DNA of 63,629 bases, filler included, from Reticulomyxa filosa (lineage: Eukaryota; Protista; Foraminifera): the NCBI GenBank assembly GCA_000512085.1. It is 18 parts of 18 records of this genome, joined end to end, with 100 filler letters (N's around TTAATTAATTAA, not from the genome) between each part and the next. Parts side by side here need not be neighbours in the genome. Positions count along the whole stretch, not along the records: positions 1 to 8,153 come from ASPP01024798.1; positions 8,254 to 10,195 come from ASPP01007709.1; positions 10,296 to 11,968 come from ASPP01034776.1; positions 12,069 to 13,758 come from ASPP01022954.1; 14 more parts are not named here. The stretch is one strand, 5' to 3'. Under the pieces are notes generated by a model. That model had not been told where the DNA came from, ran no database searches, and was given only the letters and a program-made list of their open reading frames with translations. Of the stretch, positions 1 to 12,203 are shown in pieces. Position 1 is the first letter of the stretch. The number at the start of each line of letters is the position of its first letter. A program made the translations under genes and the position numbers.

Positions 1-198
1 TTTTAGTAAAAAATTTAAAGTATTGTTTTTAAAAATTTTTTTGATATATCACAACAAAAAAAAAAACGTCAATAAAAAAAAATAAAATTAAAATATAAAA
101 ACTACAATATTTGTAGATATTTTTTTAAAAAAATTAAGTATAAATGTTGATTTTTCATGGTAAAATCAATTATCATCATAAGATATCGTTTTATGCGT

Positions 199-1747
199 TC
201 AGTTTTCTTTGCAACTTACTGTACAACAATATTGCAAAGATATTGTGAATATCATATTTGTATAAATATTATTGAGATACAATTTCTTTAATTTGTTTAA
301 TATTGTTAATATGTTATCATTTAATATTAATTTGTTTTCATTATTTTTATTAAAATCAATTTCTTTATGAATATCTGATTGTTTTTTATTTTCAATATGT
401 GACATGTAATCAAATCATTTAAATAACCATCTTTATCACTTAGTGCAATAATAATTTTAATTTATTATTACAAGATGTTTTAATATCAACAAATTATCAT
501 TGATAAGTTCAAGTTTGCGAAAATCGTCCTCATATAACAATGGATCGAATTTACAAGTTTCATTTGATGAAATAACTTTATATTCTTTCACATCATGATT
601 TTTCACTGAAATTGTACAGTCATAAGGTACCATAAATTTGGTTTCTATTTCCCAATAAACTGGGATAATTGGAAAATGTTTATAAATTTGATGTAATAAT
701 ACATCTTCGCCGATATCTAATGTAATTGGTGATTTGCATTTGTTAAATCTACGCTCAAAACAAATCAGATCATCTCTTCAATGGAGGAAATGTTCAATAA
801 TCTGTAATTTATTTGTTAAGTGTCGTGATCATTGTTTCAAGTAGGATTTTAGGGCGCTTTATGTGTTTTCATTTTATAATCTTCCCACGTAATATGGAAT
901 GAATTAAATTCCTGTTTATGGATAAAATGTAAAAAGAAAGTGTTTATGCATAAAGCAGACTTTCAAAAAAAATTCATTGTATTTTATTATTAACTGAACA
1001 ACAATTGGATAAATCTTTTCTTTCAATCCAATTAGCAGTTTGAAAATACCAAGAATGATTAAGAATAAGACAGGTCCACTTAGCATAATTTGTTTCAATT
1101 TCCGAAAAGTCGTTTAATATTGAATGTGAACATTGAATTCTAATGATAATCTCTTTGGATTTCCTACTTGTAATGTTCGAGTTTTTAATGTGAATTATCC
1201 AATAATACAATTATTCTATATTCATAATTGAATGCAATTTCACATTCGTTCATTTTTATTATTCAACATATAAACTTTTTTTTGGAATACTAATTCTTGT
1301 TTTATATATATTTTTTTTAACATTTGAATTAGTTGTAATTTTTTTTAATGTAATAAATAATTACTTTGTCTGGCGATTGATCCATGTTTGATAACATTTA
1401 CACAAATGTAATGATTATTGTAATACCAATTATTGTCATTTTTTTTTCAAATTAAAATTGTTTCAAATAGTATTTCATTCTAACAAATAACTTGTGAACA
1501 TTGACATTTGTAGTCGATATTTTCTCTCCAAATTGTTGTACAAAGTATGACTACTGATTTGATAATATTTGATATTATTTGGATACTTTAATATATCCAT
1601 AATATATTCAAGCATATTTCTTTCATTATTTTCATTTCTTACTCTGTCATTTCTTTTTTGTCCTGGATTTTAGCTTTCTTTTTTTTTGTCATCAGGTTCC
1701 ACATTCAACGTGATGATTTCTCCAGTCAAGGTTTTCACAAAGAGCAA
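199..1747 (-). pseudogene. Degenerate gene with an N-terminal ubiquitin-like segment followed by a broken AT-rich coding remnant
   Basis: Minus strand 1747-1651 reads LFVKTLTGEIITLNVEPDD and, after a frameshift or deletion, KAKIQDK (ubiquitin: IFVKTLTGKTITLEVEPSD...KAKIQDK). Downstream coding-like pieces (EDVLLHQIYKHFPIIPVYWEIETKFMVPY; LILNDNILTILNKLKKLY; HNIFAILLY) are interrupted by stops and frameshifts. Confidence 0.6.
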
Positions 1748-2839
1748 CTGATTTATGTACGCAGGTAGAGAAGAAAAAAAAGAAACGTACATTTGCGTCG
1801 TCGTCTCGTCTTTTTTTGATTAAAACTTAATTTACTGCAAACAATACGTTCAAAAATATTCTTTTTTCTCAGGTTCCAAGAGGGGACTGGAATATGAGCG
1901 AACTTTCAATAAACTCCGTTTTTTGTTATTTTTGACGCCCTTTTTTTAAACAGTTTTCACAAACACAAAAAATCTAATTCGTATTTGCAAATGTAAATGC
2001 TTCACCGTGCAGTTCTTATTAATCAGTAAAAGGATTAAAAAGTTATAGTTTGTGTAATATAATTTATTTAGTGCAAATCTCACTGGTGAATTTTTGTATT
2101 TAAGCTTAAACTTAAAAAATTTCTTTTTATTAAATCAGTTGCCTTGAAAAGACACTGTCACTTTTTGTTTTAAAAAACACAAGGAAAATTCATTAAAAAA
2201 AAAAGCTGTCTTGCCGGTACTAATACTTTGCAACTGGCACGCTTTTGTTCTCTTCCAAAGTGGCCAAGAATCTGTACAAACTTGTCACACTCTGAGATTA
2301 AAGGCTCTTTTAAATCTCGATTGGGAGAGTACAAGAACGTATTTCTTAAAAGTAGGGCCAATCTATTCATTCATGGCAATCGAAATGGGATCGTTTGTTT
2401 CAAATTGTGCAGATTGCCGTCATCAATTAAAAAAAAGGGTACATGTTATCTTTCATTCAAAGATTTTGAAGGAAATGAATAGTGACAAAATCAAACAAGG
2501 TATTGTTAAGCCCATGTCATAACCAAACACTGATGCAACATCCAGTGATTACAAAAACTTGTAGTTTTCCCAATTTATGTATACCAAGAAAAACTTTTGA
2601 CAATGCAACCACGAATTCAGTGCTCTTTTTTTTCATCCCAAAAAAAGAAGATGTTAATAAATAATTCTTTATTGTCGAAAAGGACAATGGCGATATGAAT
2701 TAAAAAAGTGCTCACAAAAGAAGGAAAAGCATGCGATAAAAAAAAAAACCAAACAAACCAAAAAAAAATTTTGCTTTACTTCTTTTTTACAAAAAAACAT
2801 AACCTTCTCTCTGGTCATCACTATTTGCAAAAAAAAAAA

Positions 2840-3904
2840 TTACCACGAACACAAACAAAGTCGATTAAAAAAGGGCTTCGCAAAGGCAAAGGACAACAGC
2901 ATAGTGGAACAATTGACACAAAGGCCAATGTCGACCGCTGCCCAAAGAGCTTCACTCCAGCTAGGCACGGACAATACCACGTACAAAACAAGTCTAGAGC
3001 ATTGGGAGACCAAAAACAGCTGTAGTAACTTTTTCAGGTATTCTTTCAAGTCCTTTTGGCATTGATCATTTGATATTGATACCAAATTCGCCACCTTTTT
3101 TTAACATGTGAGATTTTTTATGTACATGACCACACTTAAATACCAAAAAAAAACAATAACAAGGATTGGTATATGCGTGTACAAATGTATACGTTCATAT
3201 ATATGTATATTGACACGTATAACTTTGTGAACATGATACATCAAAAAGGCAAATAAAGTGACATCCCAAAATACTATAGCAATTATTGATAACGCAACAA
3301 TCAAGGATTCTACGAGTCCGGTTTCATTACAATGGTTGGATTGCTCGCGTAAATTGTGAGCAAAAAAAATACAGCCAAAAGTGATAACAGGAGCAATGGC
3401 AAGGAAATATTGACGGTATTTGGGTACGGCAAAGGCACTCCCTTGAAGAATGACTACGGCTCGGATCAAGTAAAATGAATAAAACATTCCCTCGGTGAAC
3501 ATGTGCGAATATACTATGTATAACCCATGTGGACATGCTTGTCCTGGGGAATCGACTAATGCATAAATTAGAGGTTCAGCTACAGTTCCGGCACAATTCA
3601 ATACACAACCAAATACATACAAAGTCACAATCCATTTAATTCGACTATCAATTACTACTACTCTCTTCATATCCTGTTCTAATGCGGTTACGCTTACACT
3701 CGTTTCGGTTGTACTTTTCTGTGTGGACAGCCGAACTTCTTGGGCTAGGCTGCTGTCCACTCTTGCTCTTGTCACTGTCCACAAGTTACACCAAACCACA
3801 TATAACAGCCAAAGACTATACAAGGTGCAAACAAAATTGGCTATAAGGGCAATCACTAGGCCCGTTTGCGAATGGAAGCCCAATTTTTGAGCATTCAAAG
3901 ACAT
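2840..3904 (-). CDS. Multi-pass (about 7 TM, GPCR-like) membrane protein, 2 exons
   Basis: Five hydrophobic helices lie in ORF 3101-3940 (ATG at 3904) and two more in ORF 2840-3094. They are joined by a GTT...AAAAAAAG intron at about 3223-3095. Confidence 0.6.
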
Positions 3905-4659
3905 CTTTTTTCTCCCCTTTTTACTTGTCGTGTAACACAAAAACAGTGTTATTTTTCTCGTACATTCTTGTTTCTTTTCAGAAAGAAATTACAAATTTCA
4001 AATCAAATTACTTTTGATACAAGAATGGATTTGTGTAATGAATTTATTATAACGACTTCGTCGGCAAAGTTCATATAAAAAGATACACAAAGACAATACT
4101 CAAGAAAAGAATATTTATTATTCGAAAAACTCATATGATTCGGTTTAAAATCGATCATATAATCAATCTAGATAATTCACAGTGAAGATCCAAAATTGTT
4201 TTCGCAACAGTTGATTGACCTAAACTTACAACATTTGATATTTCGATTTGTTTTTTGACATTTTGGAGTTCAATCAAAAATTAAATTTATTTTTTTCGCT
4301 TGTTGTTAATTATATGTGAGTTTCCACAAGTTTTTTGTTGATATTTTTTGTTTTTGACAAATTGTAATAATGTTACTCTTTTTTCTTTATATTTGTGCAA
4401 TGACGTACTCAACTTGCTTTTGTTTGCATTGGGATAGACAATGGGTGCACAAAATCAGTTAGATGTGCGAAGCAAGTAGTAGACGGACAAACTCACGCAA
4501 ATCAAATACAAAAGCTTAAAAAAAATCTAAAGAAAAACAAAGGAAAGATCTAAAACTTTGTTGAAAGTTCTAAATTCATTATAGTTGCAAGTTCATTGAG
4601 AACTTTGATTTTTATTTTAGGTTCTAATGAGTTGGTAAATTTTAAAAAATTCATCATCA

Positions 4660-4957
4660 AGATTAACTTTTGCAAAAAAGTTGTTGAGATATTGTGCTTG
4701 GAAGTGTAAAGATACTTCGACATATATTAAGTTTTGAAGGAAATTTTGAAAGTCAACGTTGTTTCATCCAAGAAAGTTCTACAATGCTTTTCAGGCTAAG
4801 AAAGAAAATTTTTTAATAATGATATAAATTTTTTATAGTAGTTGGATTTTGTAATATTGTAGTGGCGTGGACTTATTACATTTATTATCCTTTTGGCAAC
4901 TTATTTGTTGCAATTCATTTTCGGGGGTTGCGTCGGTTCAACATCTAGTGTGGTGTG
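4660..4957 (+). repeat. Diverged tandem segmental repeat, copy 1 (short)
   Basis: Shares GCTTGGAAGTGT.AAGATACTTCGACAT.TATTAAGTTTT with copy 3, and TTTTGTAATATTGT, TTTTGGCAAC..CAATTCATTTT and GTCGGTTCA with copies 2 and 3. Confidence 0.85.
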
Positions 4958-5325
4958 AAAAAAAATAATATATAAACCACCGTTCTAATTATCTGGACTG
5001 GGACTAGACAGTTGACAGGGGGACATTTTGAAAGAAAGTGGGATATAAACCACAAAATCCTATATAATGGACACGCATAGCGTGTCAATACCAAAATGGA
5101 GAGTGATAGCTGTCCGTCAGCAAAGACAGGAAAAGCAAGAAAAAAGTCACAGTCGTCAAGAATCTGAGATCAAATTCGAAAAAAGAAACTTCTATTCAGA
5201 TAAACGCATTTTCCAGAATCAATCTGAAAGATAAATTGAAGTCTTCTCATAATTGGTCAATGATACATTTTTTCTTTTTCACAAATAAATAATTAAAATT
5301 ATTTAAAAAAATCATATTAACCAAA

Positions 5326-6175
5326 ATTTTGAAAATCAACTTAAGTGTTTCAAACGAGTTTCGTCGGAGAAAGTCGCAAGTATCGCAAAGCTAAGAAATA
5401 ATAAAAAAGAAATTTCTTAACTAGTAAAATTTTCTTATAGTGACATAAAGATTTTTATAGTGTTAAATTTTTGTAATATTGTAAGTGACGTGTGGCTTCT
5501 TCACTTTTGTTAATCTTTTTGGCAACTTATTTGTTACAATTCATTTTGGGGAGGGTCTTTGTCGTCGGTTCAGCAACTGCGTGTTGTGTGATTGTGAGAG
5601 GTGGAAGTGCTTGTTAAATCTTCACGCGTATATTGACATCAGTTGCCTTAAGAGTAATGAGGTACAAGCTCTTGGTAGTAACCTTTTACTAGAAACGGGC
5701 GGCTTGAGGAAGAAGGTCGAATCTTGCTTGCCTTAAGAGTGTTAGATGCCTTTGAGAAATTGGTAATCTCGAGGCAAATACCTGGTTTTTTCTGTTTGAC
5801 AGAATTCCTAGGATCGAGTAACTTCTACTGAACATCAGGCAAAACAGAAACACACTAGATGATAACAAAGCTTGTGAAAACGATTCAGGCAAGATGTATT
5901 TACCATAATCAGCTCTACTACAAGCCATGCTGGGACAAAATACACCACATGGAATTTGATCAAGAATTTAATTTAATGGTAAACAAGCAGACATGTTAAC
6001 TGCACTTCCGAACATGTTTGCTACTAGTGAACTATCAAATGTCAGTATGCATGATGACATTGGAGTTGGAAATAGAATTGGATATGGTATTGACATACTT
6101 GATTACAGTAATCTAATGAACAAACTCCAACAACACAAAATAACGTCGAACGGTATGGAAGTTACAAGACAAACT
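5326..6175 (+). repeat. Diverged tandem segmental repeat, copy 2
   Basis: Collinear blocks shared with copy 3: GTCGTCGGTTCAGCAACTGCGT, CGAGGCAAATACC, GCTTGTGAAA, AGCAGACATGTTAACT, CTTCCGAACATG, CTAGTGAACTAT. Confidence 0.85.
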
Positions 6176-6216
6176 ATCACGAAAAATAAATAAATAAAAA
6201 AAAATATTTATCATTA

Positions 6217-6870
6217 ATATTAACTTTTCTTAAAAAGTTGTATTTGCTTGGAAGTGTCAAGATACTTCGACATCTATTAAGTTTTAAAGAAGGTTTTGAA
6301 AATCGAACCAAGTATTCTAACGTCGTTTCGTCCAAGACTTTTCGGGCTAGAAAGAAATTTTTTTTTTAAAGTGATATAAAGTTTTTTATAGTAGTTAGAT
6401 TTTGTAATATTGTGATTAAAGTGACTTTTTCGCTTTTGTTAATGTTTTTGGCAACGCCTTTTGTTGCAATTCATTTTCGGGAGGTTGTCGTCGGTTCAGC
6501 AACTGCGTAGTATGTGACTGTGATAAGTGGAAGTGATTGTTTAAACTTCCAGCGTATCTTGCTTTGAGGGTAGTATCGAGGCAAATACCAGTTTTTTATG
6601 TTTGGCAGAACTCCGAATCGGGTAATTTCTACTGAATATCGAGCAAAACCGAAACCCACTAGCTGATAACAAGGCTTGTGAAAGCTATCCGGACGGCCGA
6701 GGCAAGGTGTTTTTACCCTAATAGGCCAAGAATTCAATCTAATGATAAGCAGACATGTTAACTAGACTTCCGAACATGCCTGCCACTAGTGAACTATATA
6801 ATGCCAGCATCATGGTGGCATTGGAAAACCAACTACAATCCAAAATGACGTCGAATAATGAATGATATGG
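6217..6870 (+). repeat. Diverged tandem segmental repeat, copy 3
   Basis: Contains the blocks of copies 1 and 2 in the same order. Confidence 0.85.
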
Positions 6871-7389
6871 ATGTCGACACAAATAGCACAAGATGAACAG
6901 CCATAAAACGAAAGGATTAACGGATGATATTATGAAGAAAACAAATAATCAATCTTCGACATTTCAAGTTATATTGCATAGCTAAAGTATGCAACAAAAC
7001 GAAGAAAAAAAGATTGATGAAATCACATTTGAAACGTGTGGAAGAAAAACATGCAAATTCGATGACAATTCTTGTGTACGAATACGCAAACGATTGTCAT
7101 CATTCCAATCAAGTCCAAAGAACTTAAATCAGTGATTAAGTTCATTAGATTAAGAACAAGAATGCGTTGCCCAGAAAAGTATTAGCAAATACATTTCCTG
7201 ACATTATTTGTTTATTTTGCAGTTGATATTAATGAGCAGCAGGTAATTCAACTAGCTAATAACTTCAATGATGTCAAGAATGGACAAACAGAATAAAAAG
7301 AAAATCAAGATGGTAAACATATTGTAAGGCAGCCAAGATGTGACATTTATCAAAAGATATTCGCTGTTGAACAAAAGAAAAAGCGTGAA

Positions 7390-7710
7390 GAAGCAGTGAC
7401 TAATCCTGAAGTATCAACTCGTGAAAGCGAGAGTGAAATCAAGGAGACATTGGAAGATTATGGATATCAAATACAAGAAGTAAAATGATTCCATAAGATG
7501 ACAATTTTTAAGGTGATGCTATCCAAGACTGAAGATGTTGTAAAAAAAAAAAAATATCCCCTTATCATCATGGCAAACTCAAGCCAAAAGTAGGGGTACA
7601 AAGCCTGCGTCTTAGGGGATGGACAAATGTCCAAATACATCTCCCATGGCGAAAGGCAAAAAAAGTTTCTAACATTCAAAATGCGGAGGCCGAAGGCATC
7701 CTCGCGCCAA
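7390..7710 (+). mobile_element. Possible decayed gag/ORF1-like remnant of a non-LTR retrotransposon
   Basis: Reads EVSTRESESEIKETLEDYGYQIQEVK*FHKMTIFKVMLSKTEDVVK, followed by out-of-frame KCPN and KCGGRRH pieces that resemble the ORF1 RRM plus zinc knuckles. No RT was seen. Confidence 0.3.
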
Positions 7711-8153
7711 ATTATCAAACAAATGTTGTTTTTATGTGTTCCAACTCCGGAGACCCCCAAACGTGTTTGCTGGCAATAGTCTTCATTAAGACTTATTCCT
7801 TTTTAGGCTTTTACAAATCATCGGATATTTTATTTTTGATCATAGCGATTTGATTTCTGTGATTTCATTGGACAATTTTTATTCAGCACATTTTAAAGTT
7901 TTTGAAAGTGCAGCCAGTTGGAACAAAATCCACGCTGTTCTCCCCTTCTTAAAATTTTGAGCTACTGGATTTTTATGGAACTTGGAGGCTTTGTGATATC
8001 AACCGGTCTGATAAAAATCTACGTTAGTATTTATGAATGTTTTTGATTATTGTTTTTATGTTTTCATTTGTTTTACAAATTTTGATATCGAAATTTATTT
8101 TACTGTTGGTGTTTGTTGATTACTTTGTAAGACATTGTATTCTTAGTACTGTA

Positions 8154-8253
8154 NNNNNNNNNNNNNNNNNNNNNNNNNNNNNNNNNNNNNNNNNNNNTTA
8201 ATTAATTAANNNNNNNNNNNNNNNNNNNNNNNNNNNNNNNNNNNNNNNNNNNN
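8154..8253. other. Artificial contig linker (N44-TTAATTAATTAA-N44), first of 17
   Basis: Identical 100-nt spacer with stops in all six frames. It starts at 8154, 10196, 11969, 13759, 29477, 32864, 35111, 40352, 45121, 46638, 49994, 51117, 53660, 55294, 58206, 61034 and 62207. Confidence 0.99.
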
Positions 8254-8297
8254 TTTTTTTTTTATTAAAAAAAACACCTATGGCATTGATCTTAGTA

Positions 8298-10178
8298 CTA
8301 AGAAATTTGTTTGTTACCTGGCATAATGGAGTAAATGCCTTTTGTTCCATCAGTGAGAATAACTCTCCATTTTCCTAACATTGGCAGAAGACCTTCTTTT
8401 ACGTATACGATTGTGTCCTCTTTTTTTTCTTTTTCATCTGCAACGTTACCAGCGTTGGTGTTGTCATTTTGTTTGTTTGTGTCCACTTTGGTTTCGTTTT
8501 GGGATTGTATGTCATCATTACCATTGGTTTCTTGCTCAACTTTTTCTTCTGTTTCCGCTTTTTCCTGTGTGTTCTTTTATTTTCATTCGCCATCACAAAG
8601 AAACAAGTACGAACATTTTTTTAAAAAACGTTCCCTTTTTCCCCCCCCCTTCCGTTTTTTTTTTTTTAAATGTATCAAAATGGCATACAGCGCTAGTCTG
8701 TTGATGCAACTCCACGGATGTACTTTCAACCAAAATACCTCCAAGCTCAGGACATCTGAAATACTTGCGATTGTCGACAACGCCGTTGTTGTCACCACGT
8801 CCAAGAAATGTTCCGCTCAGCTCAATGCCTATCATTTCTTTGTTTGCAAATGCACTTATATGTGTTTTGCCAATGTATCGTATATAGCCGGTAAAGTCGG
8901 CAAACTTTGAGTTTGACTTTTTGACTTTGACAAAGTCGTCCAATTTGATACTGTTTTGATCTTCCGACTTGAATAAGCTGAACATAACCACGGGAATAGC
9001 TTCCAACAATTGAGCCGTTCCATTGAGTTCCTCGCTCGTTTCGTCGTTAAAATGTTCCAAGCGCAGTTCCTTCAACTGTTCCGTGGTTTCCGGGAGGAAT
9101 GCGAATTGGTACACGGAGGAGAAGTTGGGACATTCAATTCCATAGGCTTGTGCATCTTCATCAAAGGCAATGTTAATTGGCGGTTGCCAGCCAAACAACT
9201 CCGAGGGTTCTGTTGTCACTAATCCGTCTGTTAGGATTATGTACATATATTATGTACGTAATAGAAATGTACAAATTTTCGTTTCTCTCATATACATGTG
9301 TTATATACAACAGCAACAAAACACACACACACAAGGTTTGCAAATTTACCAGGAGTAATAGTATAGACTCCTTTCATTCCATTTTCCAAATTAATTTGCC
9401 ACACTCCTGCGATTTTGATCAATCGATCATCAAACATCTTTGGCCCTGGGGTCGGTGTCTCTTTCGATGAGTCCACAGGTGTTGGCGTCATGTCCTTATC
9501 CGAGACTAGACTCGACACGCTTGTTCGACTAACCAAGGCACTGGGCGCGCCTTTGTCCGTGGCTATTTTCGAAGATCTTCTGTTGTTTGACTTGCCTCCA
9601 CTCGAGCTCTTTGCATTGACGTCGATGTTCAAATCCATTTTGAACAGACTAAGGGCGCTACTGCGCTTGTTGGCATTGAACCAATGGCGCTCTTCAAATA
9701 ACCCACCGGGCCTTATGTTGCAAATGCACACGTATTGCTGTTGTCTTTCCCTCACAAAAAGTCAGACACACAAACAATTGGAAATAGAAATTCTCAACGT
9801 TGAGCCAGTGTGCAAGTCCCATTCCGGAACGCTGTAATTCGCAGTGCCAATATCTCTTGGGCCGTGCTTTGGCTCCACTTTCTGTTCGTCCCACCAGCCG
9901 CTCTCAATCTTCTTTTGGATTTCCACGTGGAGTCTCGGTTCCAGGAACTTGCCGGTGCGAAAGGGTTTCTCATCGTCAGCCCATTCTGCAGGCTGCCAGT
10001 CGATTGGTCCACCAACGTCACTGGGACCATACATGCGTCTCTTGGGATAGTCATCGTCGCTGCTGGTCAGATCTCGACTGCTCGTCTTTTTCACAAAGGC
10101 GCTGGTCCTGGCTTCTTGCGTGTTTCCAACATTTGTCAAGTCATAACGAGCTGGACTCCAATCGCCTTTCGATGTCAT
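8298..10178 (-). CDS. CAP-Gly domain protein (multi-exon, partial at both ends)
   Basis: FTGYIRYIGKTH...EMIGIELSGTFLGRGDNNGVVDNRKYFRCPELGGILV matches the CAP-Gly consensus, with GKNDG present as GDNNG. Coding exons fall in ORFs 9762-10178, 9288-9755, 8593-9246 and 8298-8486. Confidence 0.85.
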
Positions 10179-11733
10179 TTATTATAAATATATATNNNNN
10201 NNNNNNNNNNNNNNNNNNNNNNNNNNNNNNNNNNNNNNNTTAATTAATTAANNNNNNNNNNNNNNNNNNNNNNNNNNNNNNNNNNNNNNNNNNNNATCCT
10301 AATTACGAACTGTTACGAGAGAGACAACAACGACAAAAAGACCTTTTTTTCTTAAGTAAGACATAAATGCGAGACTCATAAATTTATAAAAAAGATGCAA
10401 ATTTGAAATTTTTTTTGAATATTTTCACATTTTGACAAAACAATTTGAAAAACAGAACTGTTAAAATTTTTGTATATTATTTCATTTTTGGCTCTACATC
10501 TGTGGTTCCAAAAAACGAATTAATTATAGATATTGCAATTGTTTTTTTGGAATGATTAATTATTTTTCCTTGGGTAACGGTTTTTCTCTGGAAGAGAAAA
10601 AGTTTCCCTTTTCAGAAAAAGTTCTCTTGGACATTACGAATGTTGTTTGACTCTCCTTTCTTCAAACAACCTAACAATCCAAAAGTATTCAACATGGAGT
10701 TCGCTTCTCGAGGACTCCTTCTCCAATGCACTCCTCTGCAAAACTGCAATAGTTACCGAAAAAGAAAGAGTCAGTGTAAACCCAAATGACGACACTATTC
10801 GAAAAAAAGTGCTGTTATCGCGGCGTAAACAAATACTTTTTCTATTGAAGTCTCTCTTGACATTGGCAACATTCAGGTTGACGCTGTGTATCTATCTTCA
10901 CAGCCAAGCAAGGATACCATTTTTTTGCTATTTGTTCCGAAAATGCATAATACATGAAATTGTTAATAAATAAATAAAAAAGTCAGATATTCGATCATAT
11001 ACTACTTTCAACGTTAAAAATAAAGTTTACAATATTACCTTTTCTTCATTGATCGAAATTGATGATGTATAATACTCAGCGTGTAGAATTACGAAAAATC
11101 GCTGTCAAACAAAATTATGAGTAAGCGTGCAAATTACTTTATTTTTTCTTCCCTTTTGTACTTTTTTTTTTTGTCAGCTGACGCGTATTATGAAAATACA
11201 AAACAAGTGAAGAGAATTTTTTGGAATCATCTGCTTTAATTATGGTATCACTCGTTGTTAATGTGTATTCAAGTTTGCAAGTTGTGTTTCGTTTTTCCGT
11301 TGCAACTTAAAAATGACACTACAACCACAAAAAAATAATAAAAAATATTTACATAAAGGAATTCATTGTTCTGTGGGCACTGTTGTCAACTTGGAACCAA
11401 TTAAAAAAACAGACCACTTTGGACGAGGTTAATTTGACGAGATTCAAAAAAGGAAAGGGCACGTGCATAATTAGTGATATATGTACCTTGAAGTAAAAAA
11501 AGGATAATGATAATTGCAGCAACCGAAGAATTAACTATTTGGAGAATATACAATCCAAATGTAGTTAATGTGAGAGGTTCTGTTTCACCTGTAGAAATAA
11601 AGCACATTCTTTTTAGTCTTCGCACGTGATTGTCCTTGTTATAGCATAGGCTAAAGAGGAAATGTATGCGTACGCATATAAAGATGAACAAGTGATGAGT
11701 CCTGTAAATAAAGACAATGACAGACTTATGGGA

Positions 11734-11907
11734 AGAATGTAACATGGTGAGAATCAAGTAAAGTGTCCAACAGAGCTGAGAGAGTTAATAAGATTATGTG
11801 GTGATGTACTGGAAGAAAAAGAGTTGAAGAGACAACTCGAAGAAAATAATGGTAATGTATCCGCGATCATTGAAAAGATAGTCTCTCTACATTAATGGCG
11901 CAAAAAA
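11734..11907 (+). pseudogene. Short decayed coding exon (small helical, UBA/CUE-like)
   Basis: Reads M*HGENQVKCPTELRELIRLCGDVLEEKELKRQLEENNGNVSAIIEKIVSL, followed by a GTTAGT donor. There is a stop at codon 2. Confidence 0.35.
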
Positions 11908-12203
11908 GTTAGTTTACGCTCGGTCAAAAACTGATAAGTACTTAGTTTTACATTTAAATACAAATAGANNNNNNNNNNNNNNNNNNNNNNNNNNNNNNNN
12001 NNNNNNNNNNNNTTAATTAATTAANNNNNNNNNNNNNNNNNNNNNNNNNNNNNNNNNNNNNNNNNNNNTATATATATATATATATATTTAATGATGTGAC
12101 TGATTTTGTGCTTGTGTGAGTACATGTACGTATACGTGTGTTTATGTTTTTGTGCATGAGAGTCAATTGTGTGATGTAGCCCTCTCGTGAGTCGGCGGAC
12201 ACA

